NCBI GenBank assembly: GCA_016777125.1
Contig: JADHSC010000003.1
Location: 15,164-79,163 of the forward strand
Length of the DNA stretch: 64,000 bases
Reading direction: 5' to 3'
Source: Candidatus Poseidoniaceae archaeon
GTDB taxonomy: Archaea; Thermoplasmatota; Poseidoniia; Poseidoniales; Poseidoniaceae
The stretch's first letter is position 1, and every line of letters begins with the position of its first letter. Both the position numbers and the translations under genes were made by a program. The notes under the pieces were generated by a model. That model was not told the DNA's origin. It saw only the letters and a list, made by a program, of their open reading frames with translations, and ran no database searches. This document shows positions 1 through 9,509 of this stretch, piece after piece.

Positions 1-11
1 TCGGATTGGAC

Positions 12-800
12 ATGGCAGACTCCGAATCGGTTGCGTTGATGGAAGAAAATGGCAAGATTCACATCGTGAGCATGATCGACAATACCATCAAAATCAAAGG
101 TATTGGTGTCGTCAATCCACTGAAAGAATTTTCTCAGTTGAAAGACGGGGAAGAAACTCATATTGGATCCAAAATCCTTCTTCGACTTCCTACACGATTG
201 CCCGAACTTATCTCGGGAATGAAACGAAGAGCACAAACGATTGGTTCGAAAGATGCGGGTGTCCTTATTGCACGACATGGAATCGGGGCTGACGACATCG
301 TTTTGGAAGCAGGATTGGGTTCCGGTGGACTTTCCATGCATTTAGCAAGAGTCATCGGACCAAGTGGCCATCTGATCACAGTCGAACCCCGAGAAGAACA
401 TGCTCATGTCGGATTAGAAAATCTCCAGACCCTTACACAATGTATGGTTGAATTCCCGAATCACAGTCATATTGATGGACGTATCGAAGATGTGGTTGAA
501 GAAATCAAAACATATGCTGAACATGTTGATGCAATTCTTCTGGATTTACCCGAACATCCACCTGCGATTGAAGCTGTTGCCCCTTTGCTAAAGGTTGGAG
601 CACGCATCTCCTGTTACTGCCCAGTAACCAGCCAACTCGAGAAAGCGTGGATTGCCTGTGAAGAGGCAGGATTACACGTTGAATGGGCTGGAGAGATCAT
701 CGAACGGGAATGGGGGAAGGCAAGCAGAGGCGGTGTACGTCCGGTGAATGGACCCTTTGGCCATACTGCATTCTTATTGTTGGCTCAACGACGAAAGTGA
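12..800 (+). CDS. trmI: tRNA (adenine-N1)-methyltransferase, TrmI/Gcd14 family. The true N-terminus could lie upstream of the window; the ATG at 12 is preferred over the TTG at 6.
   Basis: N-terminal beta-barrel domain followed by a SAM-binding Rossmann motif, VLEAGLGSGGLS, and a DLPEH motif. Length is typical of TrmI (about 260 aa). Confidence 0.6.
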   Translation: MADSESVALMEENGKIHIVSMIDNTIKIKGIGVVNPLKEFSQLKDGEETHIGSKILLRLPTRLPELISGMKRRAQTIGSKDAGVLIARHGIGADDIVLEAGLGSGGLSMHLARVIGPSGHLITVEPREEHAHVGLENLQTLTQCMVEFPNHSHIDGRIEDVVEEIKTYAEHVDAILLDLPEHPPAIEAVAPLLKVGARISCYCPVTSQLEKAWIACEEAGLHVEWAGEIIEREWGKASRGGVRPVNGPFGHTAFLLLAQRRK

Positions 801-801
801 T

Positions 802-3800
802 TCAGAATTTCGGAGCAGATCCGTATTCAACTACTCGAATGTTTGACTCACACGTTGGACAATTGAATCTGAATGGAGGTTCACTTCCACCAGGAACTGC
901 AAGCCTTGCTTCACATGATGGGCAAGTAATTCGGCGATTGCTATCTATTCGACATTCATTGGGCCCCAATGCATATTCCTTCTCTTCCTCTTCTTCCTCT
1001 TCTTCCTCTTCTCCTTCTTTATCAGAAGTCGGTTTGTTGGAAGGGGATCGGTATTTTATGACCAGTAGAGCAAGAGCGAACAACACATAACCTGCCGCCA
1101 TAATCTTGAATGTTGCATCGCCTCCAATTTCAATTCCAAGAATTGTAATGCCTTCAGGAGGTTGAGCCTTTCCTTCTAAATCTACATCGATAACAGAAGA
1201 TTCTGCATCGACACTGCTTCCATCGACTTGGACCAATGCTCGAACTTTCAACTCTGCTGATGTGGCTTGCGTTGATATTGCATTAAGACGGACAACAAAG
1301 ATTTCCGATGCTCCCGGGCTGAGTGTAAACAAGTCTGTCTTCTGTCCAGCAGTGTTGTTCCATTGAACATCGAAAACACCGTCCCCTACGCCAAGTAGAG
1401 TCAGACGTCCTGTAATGTCGATGTTGGCGAGATTTGTTACCGTGACTGAAGTAGATGAACCGCCCATGTAAGGGACATCAAGGGACGTAGCATCAACTGA
1501 AATTGATACAACTGATGCTGAATCCCAAGAGGCTTCGACATTGTAAGTGGCGACTTCACTGTAGACGTAATCAGAACGTGCAGATGATACAACACGAAGA
1601 CTGAATGCGTTTGTTCCTGCCAAGGCATCTTCTGAAACATCACACGTCCATGCAAGAGGAGAGGATGAGGCGCCCGGTGAAAGGGTGACTGATTCGGCAA
1701 GAGTACATGATAATCCAACAGAACTTATCGAAAATTGATCAGCACTGTTTCCTGTATTTGTAACAGAGACAGTACCATCGATGGTACCGCCTGCTATGGA
1801 AGAATCGTCATTGACAAGAATGGTCAAGTCTGCACCTGCATCCATTGAAAAGAGGGTGATTATTACGAAGTCTGTCGACTCTGAATCGAGAGTAGAAGTA
1901 ACTTGTATGTTGATTGGAAGGCCTGTTTCAGGAGCGCCGGTGGAAGACTCACGTACTCCGAGAACGATTGTTTCTGATTGACCCACACCAAGGACAACCG
2001 AGGTTTGGGATAATGATAGTTCGAAATACGTCGAAGATTCACCGGATTCAAGTGAAAGAAGGAACGTGTCTTGCATTGTACCAATGTTGGTCACTTCAAT
2101 GGTGACATTTGTGATTGCAGATGGGCCAGCAATGGCTTGATTGGTATTCGCATTAAGTTGAGCGAGGCTTCGATCGATAACTTGTAATTCAAGAGAAAGC
2201 AAGGAATCAGGCGCATCGGATACAAGACGTATACTCAACGAGTCAGTACGTGCGTTCATAGCAGCAGAGGCTGTAACGTTCAATTGAGCAACATACAATT
2301 CTCCAGATGCAAGTGTTATCGAAGATACGTCACTTAATTCAGCACTCACGCCTCCAGGCAATCCTGAGATGGTGAAGGTGGTGAGTGAAACATTGGACGT
2401 CCCCACATTTTCAACAACAATATCAATCGATGCTGATTGACCAGGCTGCACGACTATTCGGCCATCGAGGGTTCCTGATAATTCCAATTCTAGAACAGGT
2501 TGAACATCAAATGCCAACGTTGTGTTTAATGTTTGAAGCGAATCGTGAGTTACTGATACGGTTCGTTCGTTGAGTCCAAGTGAACCTGAGGCAGCTATTG
2601 CGCTGAGTGTCCACGTAGCAGACTGCCCGGAAGCGACTGTCACCGAAGATGCAGTATCCAAGGTCAGAGCAACATGAGCTGAGGCATTGCTTACGATTTG
2701 TAGTGAGAATGTTTCGGTTTCGCTCCCTGTATTGAAAACTCGCACTTCAAGAGTTTCCTCTATTCCTGGAGTAAGAAGCATAGCCCCTGATGGACCCTGG
2801 ACGGTGAAGTCAACCTTACGATCGACTTCAAAGGAGAAATCGCGAACGAAAGAAACTGAAGAATCTTCAGAGAGCGTGTTAATTATTCGAACCGAGCAAA
2901 CGTCTCCTATATTGCCGCTGCTTCCTACATCAACTGCAAACGGTATATCTGCGACCTCATCTATTGCAAACGTTGTCTCTGCTGTGAGTAATGCAACTGT
3001 ACACGGTCCGCTTAAGACTGACAATGAGTGCGAGTATGTTGATTCGGTTGTACCTTGATTTGTTATGGAAAGTGTGGTGTTCGTCTGCTCTCCTGGAATG
3101 AATTCATCTGTGCTAGCAAGGAAATCCACTTGCAAACCATAGGTTGCTTGAACATCGATAACGATGAGGGTAGATGTTGAGAGATTACCCATCAAAGATC
3201 CAGCATGCAGTCGCACGCCTGTTGCGCCGGGAAGTGCATCAGATGGTATTGAAATCCGTAGTGTAGAGGACTCTACATTTTGAGCGGATAGATTCTCGAT
3301 TTGATCATCAAGCCATCGTACTTCCCAACCAGGAGGGAATGCTGAATGCTGATTCATTGGCTGAATCGCTCCTGAAGTTTCCCATGGATAATCGTATTCG
3401 GATGAGCCATTGAAAACAACTTCAGCAGCGGTTTGTTGGAGTGTCAGTCGTAATGCAGCATCCATTGTAGTATTATCAGTCAATCCAACTGGGGAATCGC
3501 CTGTTAGAGCAGAAAACAAGACACATGCTGCGAGATAGGAACCCGACGTTGAAGGATGGCTTCCATCACTTTGGTACAGACCATAAAACGTCGAAGTAGG
3601 CGACTGCGGATTGCCACCAGATGCGATGATTGAATCGTGAATGTGTTTGAACGCTAATCCGACAGGTGCAATGTGGATATCAGCAGATGTCTGGGATGAA
3701 ATGTTGTCTCTGTAATCGATGTAGCCTTGTTCAAGTCGATCTTGCATAACGGTATAATTTGAGAACAATATTGGATTGATTGGATCGCCACTTCGATAGC

Positions 3801-4797
3801 CCCAAGTCATCATCAGCATGGTTGATCCACCTTCTGTATCAACACGTTCTGCCAAATTTACACTTGCATTTTTACTAGCAATCCAATCTGAATTAGAACG
3901 CGAAAATCCAGGTATCTGAGATTGGTCTTGAAGAACGACTGTATCCCAAACACCTGATGCCAGAGAAAGATTTTGAGCGCTCGAAGAAGTGTTCACGTTC
4001 GACCAGTGCCCAGCAAGAGTTTGACCACCAGAAGTGAAATCAGATGTATTACTTGGACTCCCTGCACTCCTTAGCATTTCTTCGACCATCGATGAGAGGC
4101 CGTTCTGAGAAGTATATGAATTTCCGAACATCAGAACATCACTGACAGACATCGACCATGCAGGGATAGAAGAGGTTGTATTGGAACCCGTAGTATTCGA
4201 GGTATAATTCGTCCACCATCCCGACAAGTCAGGCTCTTCTTGTACGCTTAGAAGGTAGGAGTCTGTCACTGAACCAAGATTGGAGACTGGTAATTGCAGA
4301 TCGACTGATTGGCCCGGCTGAAGAGCAAGCAGCCCATTGTCTCCTACACCACTTGCATCAATGGAAGGATGGTACACAAGAGCGACCGAAACATATACGT
4401 CAATCGTCGAGGTTGCAACTCCATCGGTCTCGTTTACGATAAGCGTGAACATTCCATTATCCGAAGGCGTTGCTGATTCAAGGAGTTGAACTACAATTGT
4501 TGTCGTCGAATTGTATGTAGGGAGAACATTGGAAACAGTTGCAGCGGTTGGTGTTGCCGACCATACATTGGACAACCCAGTTGTTGAGGATTCCACTGAA
4601 TAAGTCTCAATAGACGAACCATTATTTTCGATAACCAGTGAAAGGTTGACCGATTCACCTGGAAGAAGGATCATGTGCGGTGTGTCAACAGAGAGCACGA
4701 TTGTTGAATCTGCTTTTGCTGTAAAGGCAAGTGGAGAAGCACTTGCTGCGAGCATCAAAAGGACCAAAACTACGGCACGCGAGTGAGTTTTCGACAT
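802..4797 (-). CDS. Large cell-surface protein (1331 aa). It has a signal peptide, beta-rich repeated domains, an internal SGNH/GDSL-hydrolase-like domain, a C-terminal TM anchor, a poly-Glu cytoplasmic tail and a C4 zinc ribbon.
   Basis: N-terminus MSKTHSRAVVLVLLMLAASASPLAFTAKA looks like a Sec signal peptide. Ser/Thr/Asn/Val-rich composition. Motif YQSDGSHPSTSGSYLAA matches SGNH block V. C-terminal hydrophobic helix IMAAGYVLFALALLVIKY, then EEEEEEEEEEKE, then CPSC...CPTC. Confidence 0.6.
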   Translation of the reverse strand: MSKTHSRAVVLVLLMLAASASPLAFTAKADSTIVLSVDTPHMILLPGESVNLSLVIENNGSSIETYSVESSTTGLSNVWSATPTAATVSNVLPTYNSTTTIVVQLLESATPSDNGMFTLIVNETDGVATSTIDVYVSVALVYHPSIDASGVGDNGLLALQPGQSVDLQLPVSNLGSVTDSYLLSVQEEPDLSGWWTNYTSNTTGSNTTSSIPAWSMSVSDVLMFGNSYTSQNGLSSMVEEMLRSAGSPSNTSDFTSGGQTLAGHWSNVNTSSSAQNLSLASGVWDTVVLQDQSQIPGFSRSNSDWIASKNASVNLAERVDTEGGSTMLMMTWGYRSGDPINPILFSNYTVMQDRLEQGYIDYRDNISSQTSADIHIAPVGLAFKHIHDSIIASGGNPQSPTSTFYGLYQSDGSHPSTSGSYLAACVLFSALTGDSPVGLTDNTTMDAALRLTLQQTAAEVVFNGSSEYDYPWETSGAIQPMNQHSAFPPGWEVRWLDDQIENLSAQNVESSTLRISIPSDALPGATGVRLHAGSLMGNLSTSTLIVIDVQATYGLQVDFLASTDEFIPGEQTNTTLSITNQGTTESTYSHSLSVLSGPCTVALLTAETTFAIDEVADIPFAVDVGSSGNIGDVCSVRIINTLSEDSSVSFVRDFSFEVDRKVDFTVQGPSGAMLLTPGIEETLEVRVFNTGSETETFSLQIVSNASAHVALTLDTASSVTVASGQSATWTLSAIAASGSLGLNERTVSVTHDSLQTLNTTLAFDVQPVLELELSGTLDGRIVVQPGQSASIDIVVENVGTSNVSLTTFTISGLPGGVSAELSDVSSITLASGELYVAQLNVTASAAMNARTDSLSIRLVSDAPDSLLSLELQVIDRSLAQLNANTNQAIAGPSAITNVTIEVTNIGTMQDTFLLSLESGESSTYFELSLSQTSVVLGVGQSETIVLGVRESSTGAPETGLPINIQVTSTLDSESTDFVIITLFSMDAGADLTILVNDDSSIAGGTIDGTVSVTNTGNSADQFSISSVGLSCTLAESVTLSPGASSSPLAWTCDVSEDALAGTNAFSLRVVSSARSDYVYSEVATYNVEASWDSASVVSISVDATSLDVPYMGGSSTSVTVTNLANIDITGRLTLLGVGDGVFDVQWNNTAGQKTDLFTLSPGASEIFVVRLNAISTQATSAELKVRALVQVDGSSVDAESSVIDVDLEGKAQPPEGITILGIEIGGDATFKIMAAGYVLFALALLVIKYRSPSNKPTSDKEGEEEEEEEEEEKEYALGPNECRIDSNRRITCPSCEARLAVPGGSEPPFRFNCPTCESNIRVVEYGSAPKF
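975..1020 (-). repeat. GAA/GAG codon run encoding E10-K-E in the tail of the 1331-aa protein.
   Basis: tcttcctcttcttcctcttcttcctcttctccttc on the plus strand, giving a poly-Glu tract in the minus-strand ORF. Confidence 0.7.
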
Positions 4798-4861
4798 GGG
4801 ACCACTTCAAGCGAGGTGCCTTTAGCACTTGAGCGAATCGGCTACTGGGCGTTAAAAATCC

Positions 4862-6106
4862 TCAGAAGTTCGTGAGTTTTTCAATTCGAGAGGCGTCAAG
4901 ACGCTCCCATGGGAAATGGCCTTCATCTGTGGCATGGCGGCCGAAGTGACCACCTGCAGCAGTTACTTTGTAAATCGGGCGAAGTAAATCCAAGTCTTTG
5001 GCAATAGCAGCCGGTCTGAAATCGAATGTGCTCTGAACACGATGTGCGAGTTCTGAATCAGATACGGCGCCTGTCCCAAAGGAATCCACCATGAGACTGA
5101 CTGGTTTTGCAACTCCGATAACGTATGCAAGTTGAATCTCAAATCGTGTAGCTAAACCTGCTGCGACGACATGTTTGGCAGCCCATCGCGCTGCATATGC
5201 TGCGCTTCGGTCTACTTTTGAAGGGTCTTTACCACTGAAGGCACCCCCTCCATGGCGCCCCATCCCACCGTACGTATCGACAATGATTTTTCGTCCAGTC
5301 AATCCAGCATCTGCATACGGGCCACCTGGGTCTGCAAAACGACCTGTTCCGTTAACGATGAGAGTATACTCTGAGGAGAGAAGCTCAGAAGGGATTACGT
5401 ATTCTACAACGTGTTTTTTGATTTGTTCCCGTACATGTTGGAGTTCTTGCTCGACAGAACCATCAAATTGGTCTTTCAGATGTTTATCGTGTTGAATTGC
5501 AACAATGACCGTATCGACTCCAATGATTTCACCTTCCTCGTTGTAGGCTATCGAGACTTGTGATTTCCCATCGGGTCGAGCCCATGGCAGGATGTTTTCT
5601 TCACGTACTGTCGTCAGTCTTCGAGATAAACGTTGAGACAGTGCAGCAGAAAGAGGGAAATATCGTCCTTTTAATTCGTCATATTGTTCAGTTTCAGTGC
5701 AAGCAAAACCGAACATGAGACCTTGGTCACCTGCACCTTGGGAATCAAGTGTCTGCCGATCGACACCCTGATTGATGTAAGCAGACTGGGTGGTAACATA
5801 GACCAAAACATCACATAAATCCGGATTCGTAGCATCCATTCCAATGACATGCGAATCATAACCGATGTTGGCTGCTGCTTGACGGGCAATAGCGTCGTAA
5901 TTAGGAGCGGGAGCGTCCAGAGACACTTCCCCTGCAAGGATGATTACGCTCTTGTCGTCCATCCCTTTGACGCAGGTTTCAACTGCAACGCGTGCATTTG
6001 AATCAAGGGCAAGACAAGCATCGACAATAGCATCCGATATAGCATCGCACAACTTATCAGGGTGACCACTGGTTACAGACTCCGATGTAAAGATGTCATG
6101 TTGCAT
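4862..6106 (-). CDS. metK: S-adenosylmethionine synthetase, bacterial/eukaryal MetK type.
   Basis: N-terminal signature SGHPDKLCDAISDAIVDACL (the GHPDK motif). Overall MetK three-domain length. Confidence 0.85.
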   Translation of the reverse strand: MQHDIFTSESVTSGHPDKLCDAISDAIVDACLALDSNARVAVETCVKGMDDKSVIILAGEVSLDAPAPNYDAIARQAAANIGYDSHVIGMDATNPDLCDVLVYVTTQSAYINQGVDRQTLDSQGAGDQGLMFGFACTETEQYDELKGRYFPLSAALSQRLSRRLTTVREENILPWARPDGKSQVSIAYNEEGEIIGVDTVIVAIQHDKHLKDQFDGSVEQELQHVREQIKKHVVEYVIPSELLSSEYTLIVNGTGRFADPGGPYADAGLTGRKIIVDTYGGMGRHGGGAFSGKDPSKVDRSAAYAARWAAKHVVAAGLATRFEIQLAYVIGVAKPVSLMVDSFGTGAVSDSELAHRVQSTFDFRPAAIAKDLDLLRPIYKVTAAGGHFGRHATDEGHFPWERLDASRIEKLTNF

Positions 6107-6204
6107 GGTTTTCCGCTTCTGTACTCATTATCAAAGGTTTGCCTACTGAATCGAGCATGGATTTACAGCGATTCCTATTTGTACGGCACCATCTAGGATT
6201 TCAC

Positions 6205-7605
6205 ATGGCTGACTGGCATCCCACCGCATATCGGACACACACACTCGCTGAAATTCAACGAAAAGGCGCAGACCTTGTTGGCCAAGAAGTCACAGTAGCA
6301 GGATTTATGGAATCGAACCGAGGAAAAGGAGCAATTTGTTTTGTCGATATGAGAGACGGTACCGGAACCTCACAAGTATTCCTTAAAGGAGATATTATTG
6401 GAGAAGAAAAACTCGATACTGTTCAACGCATGACTCGTGAATCAACATTGCAGTTCACTGGTACTGTTGCTCAAAAGCGCCCACCGAAATTGAAGGAAGG
6501 AGAAACTCCGCCCCCACCTGCATATGAAATTGTAGCATCTGACGTTGTTGTTTTGACTCGGGCGAACGCACCGCTTCCGCTTGGAATTACTGATTCTGTA
6601 ACCATTGGACTCGACACTCGTCTTGACAATCGTTTCCTTGATCTTCGCCGAGCCCATGTCAATGCTATGTTCACACTTCGCTCCAAAGTACTTCAATATG
6701 GACGTGAACACCTCCTCACTGAAGGATTCAAAGAAATTAACACGCCAAAAATCATTGCATCGGCTTCCGAAGGTGGAACAAATCTGTTCCCTATGATGTA
6801 TTTCGATACTCCTGCATTCCTTTCACAGAGCCCTCAATTGTACAAGCAACTCACTATTCTTGGAGGAATGGAACGTGTGTTTGAGATTGGACCTGCTTTT
6901 CGTGCAGAAAACCATGATACATATCGCCACTTGAACGAATTCATTTCGTTCGATATTGAAGCAGCTTGGATGAATGATGATGACGTTATGGGTGTCCAAG
7001 AACGTATGATTCATCACATTTGGAAGACTGTAGCAGAAAACGATCAAGAACACATTGACACCATCAACGCCTTCAGAGAGAGTCAAGGTGATGATGCAAT
7101 AACAGTAGACGTCCCTACAGTTCCATTCCCACGTATCGAATATTGTGATGCGATCAAGATGATTCAAGATGCTGGCGAAGAGATTGCTTGGGGAGATGAT
7201 ATCGATTCTTCACATTGCGATATTATTGCAGCAAAGTACCCCGGTTTCCATTTCCTACCACGATGGCCTATGGAAATGAAACCATTCTACATCCATCATA
7301 TTCCTGGTGAAGTAGGAGCAACTGGTGAACAACTCAGCCGAGGATTTGATCTCAATTATGGTCGTGATGAGATGACAAGCGGTGGTCAGAGAGAACATAA
7401 TGTCGAGATTCTTGAAGAAAATCTACGTTCAAAAGGACTCAATCCTGAAGAGTTCTCTTTCTACACAGATGGTTTCAGGTTTGGAGCACCGCCACACGCT
7501 GGCTGGGGTCTTGGAGTTGCACGACTGCTCATGGCACTGACTGGTTCAAGAAACGTACGAGAAACAGTCTTGTTCCCACGGGACAGACATCGAGTTACAC
7601 CCTGA
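6205..7605 (+). CDS. aspS: Aspartyl-tRNA synthetase, archaeal/eukaryal type, class IIb. The ORF track starts at 6139. The internal Met at 6205 is preferred because 6139 would leave only 32 nt to the divergent metK start.
   Basis: OB-fold anticodon-binding N-terminus (VTVAGFMESNRGKGAICFVDMRDGTG). Class II motifs FRAENHDTYRHLNEFISFDIE, GGQREH, and a GFRFGAPPHAGWGLGVARL motif-3-like region. Confidence 0.8.
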   Translation: MADWHPTAYRTHTLAEIQRKGADLVGQEVTVAGFMESNRGKGAICFVDMRDGTGTSQVFLKGDIIGEEKLDTVQRMTRESTLQFTGTVAQKRPPKLKEGETPPPPAYEIVASDVVVLTRANAPLPLGITDSVTIGLDTRLDNRFLDLRRAHVNAMFTLRSKVLQYGREHLLTEGFKEINTPKIIASASEGGTNLFPMMYFDTPAFLSQSPQLYKQLTILGGMERVFEIGPAFRAENHDTYRHLNEFISFDIEAAWMNDDDVMGVQERMIHHIWKTVAENDQEHIDTINAFRESQGDDAITVDVPTVPFPRIEYCDAIKMIQDAGEEIAWGDDIDSSHCDIIAAKYPGFHFLPRWPMEMKPFYIHHIPGEVGATGEQLSRGFDLNYGRDEMTSGGQREHNVEILEENLRSKGLNPEEFSFYTDGFRFGAPPHAGWGLGVARLLMALTGSRNVRETVLFPRDRHRVTP

Positions 7606-7606
7606 G

Positions 7607-8362
7607 TTGACCAAGATGCCTGTTGACCGAATGCAATGGGGTGCAGAAGCATGGCAGTTTGCAGATTTGCATATGCCTGATGAACCATCACCGTTCCAAA
7701 ACGATCATGGCGTCCCATGCATTATGTTGATTCATGGTGGGTTTTGGAAGAAAGAGTACACGCTTGAATTGATGCAACCGATTGCCAATGCTCTCAGCGA
7801 TGCTGGCGTTGCAGCCTGGAATATTGAATTCAAGCGTTGGGATGATGGAGATGAAGGCGTATGGATGGATACTCTTTCAGATGTTCTTCGAGCATGGGGT
7901 CAACTTGCTTTACTCCCTGGAATTGACATTACTCGAAGTATGGTCATGGGCCATTCAGCAGGAGGTCATCTTGCTTTGTTGATGGCTAGTAAAGCAGAAC
8001 GCAAACCTTGGCTTGCTATCGCCCAGGCACCAATTACAGACTTGTTTGGTGCTGATGATGCGAAACTAAGTGACGATGGTGATGCAATCCGTCGTTGGAT
8101 TGGTTGTGAACCGTACGATAATGAAGAGGTTTGGCGACGACTCAATCCCGTTGATTTACCTCCTAAATCGCCAGTCCTCCTTCTTCATGGAGAGAAGGAC
8201 GATGAGGTTCCAATCGAGCAAAGCGAGACCTATGCTCGAATAATGGATGCCAAAGGATCTCATGTCCAAAAGGTATGGCTAACCGGTGATCATTTCAGTA
8301 TCATTGATGCAGCAAGCGATGATTGGCTTGTACAGCAAGATACAATTCTGGACTGGTTGTAA
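7607..8362 (+). CDS. Alpha/beta hydrolase (esterase, or kynurenine/aryl-formamidase-like).
   Basis: HGGFW oxyanion motif, GHSAGGHLA nucleophile elbow, and downstream Asp/His. 251 aa. Confidence 0.6.
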   Translation: MTKMPVDRMQWGAEAWQFADLHMPDEPSPFQNDHGVPCIMLIHGGFWKKEYTLELMQPIANALSDAGVAAWNIEFKRWDDGDEGVWMDTLSDVLRAWGQLALLPGIDITRSMVMGHSAGGHLALLMASKAERKPWLAIAQAPITDLFGADDAKLSDDGDAIRRWIGCEPYDNEEVWRRLNPVDLPPKSPVLLLHGEKDDEVPIEQSETYARIMDAKGSHVQKVWLTGDHFSIIDAASDDWLVQQDTILDWL

Positions 8363-8401
8363 GTCAAGAACCACTAAGACCAGTAATGCTCTCGGCGAGT
8401 C

Positions 8402-9214
8402 ATGAACCTCCTCGGCACTGATGCAGTACTCGCTTCAAACGCACTCTCTGGTAAAACGGCTCTCATCTGTGGAGCAAGTCGAGGTATTGGCGCTGCAACT
8501 GCACGAATTATGGCGGCAGCAGGGGCAAATGTCATTGTTTCAGCGCGAAATCAAGACCAACTAAATCACCTCGTTGAAGAACTGAATACTCTTGGTAATG
8601 GAAACCATCAAACTCTTGTCATGGACTTAGAGGATACAAGGGCTATTTCCAGGAAAATCAATCCACTCCTCGATCAAAACCCAATCCACATCCTTGTCAA
8701 CAATGCAGCAGGACCTCCAGGCGGACCGTTGCTTGATAGTACAGTCGAGGAACTAACCCAACCATTTGGTAGACACTTGCACGCAGCCCATACACTTGTT
8801 CAACTCCTTGTTCCAACAATGGAATCTGAGGGATATGGGCGAATTATTCAGATTGTCTCCACAAGCGTTCGTGAACCAATTCCTAATCTTGGCGTTTCTA
8901 ATACACTACGAGGAGCAATGGCTTCTTGGGCAAAATCACTCTCAAGAGAACTTGCTCCATGCATCACCATCAACAATGTGTTACCTGGTTTCACAGATAC
9001 TGAACGGCTAGAAAGTCTCGCCCAATCGCTTCATGATCGAACTGGAAAATCCCTCGAATCGATTCATGATGGATGGATGAGCCAGGTTCCAATTGAAAGA
9101 CTCATTGATCCTCTCGAAACTGCCTCTGTCATTGCATTCCTTTCGACTCCAGCTGCTGGAGCGATACGCGGAGTTTCCCTTCCAGTCGATGGCGGTAGAT
9201 TGAGAAGTATCTGA
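8402..9214 (+). CDS. Short-chain dehydrogenase/reductase (SDR) family protein with an atypical active-site region.
   Basis: TALICGASRGIGAATA glycine-rich NAD(P) motif and an NNAAG motif. The usual YxxxK appears replaced by SxxxR (VSNTLRGAMASWAKSL). Confidence 0.65.
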   Translation: MNLLGTDAVLASNALSGKTALICGASRGIGAATARIMAAAGANVIVSARNQDQLNHLVEELNTLGNGNHQTLVMDLEDTRAISRKINPLLDQNPIHILVNNAAGPPGGPLLDSTVEELTQPFGRHLHAAHTLVQLLVPTMESEGYGRIIQIVSTSVREPIPNLGVSNTLRGAMASWAKSLSRELAPCITINNVLPGFTDTERLESLAQSLHDRTGKSLESIHDGWMSQVPIERLIDPLETASVIAFLSTPAAGAIRGVSLPVDGGRLRSI

Positions 9215-9509
9215 TTTTGGCTTTTTGATTTCCAACCTCAGGTTGTAAAAAACGACCATTTCATGGGATAACGTCAATACACAAATGACGATGGCCTAAC
9301 CTATGGACACTTAGAAGATGTCAATATGACGTATTTTGCACATATGAAAAGGGCATTCTCTCTCTCATTCCGATATGGTTTGAGTGCAGTTCAACTCATC
9401 ATCCATGGACTTTTACCATTCTTATTCATTGATGCTGGGAAAAAAGCAGCAGATTCCTATGAACGTGGTTGAACATTCTCTGCTTTATTTAGAGAAGTTA
9501 AGACGGGGC

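Noticed and set aside
683-1090. 135-aa plus-strand ORF containing a poly-Ser run.
   Set aside because: It is the opposite-strand shadow of the GAA/GAG (poly-Glu) tract and C-terminus of the 1331-aa minus-strand gene. It also overlaps the trmI 3' end in another frame.
6139-6204. N-terminal 22-aa extension of aspS.
   Set aside because: It leaves only 32 nt between the divergent metK and aspS starts. The AspRS OB-fold begins after the second Met.
5175-7167. Numerous 60-120-aa antisense ORFs inside metK and aspS (e.g. 5175..5495, 5671..5937, 6442..6711, 6823..7167).
   Set aside because: They are embedded antisense in strongly conserved genes and have no motifs.
9215-9509. Small ORFs (9384..9605, 9008..9277) in the convergent intergenic region.
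   Set aside because: AT-rich terminator region between the SDR and the permease. The ORFs overlap the permease C-terminus or lack coding features.
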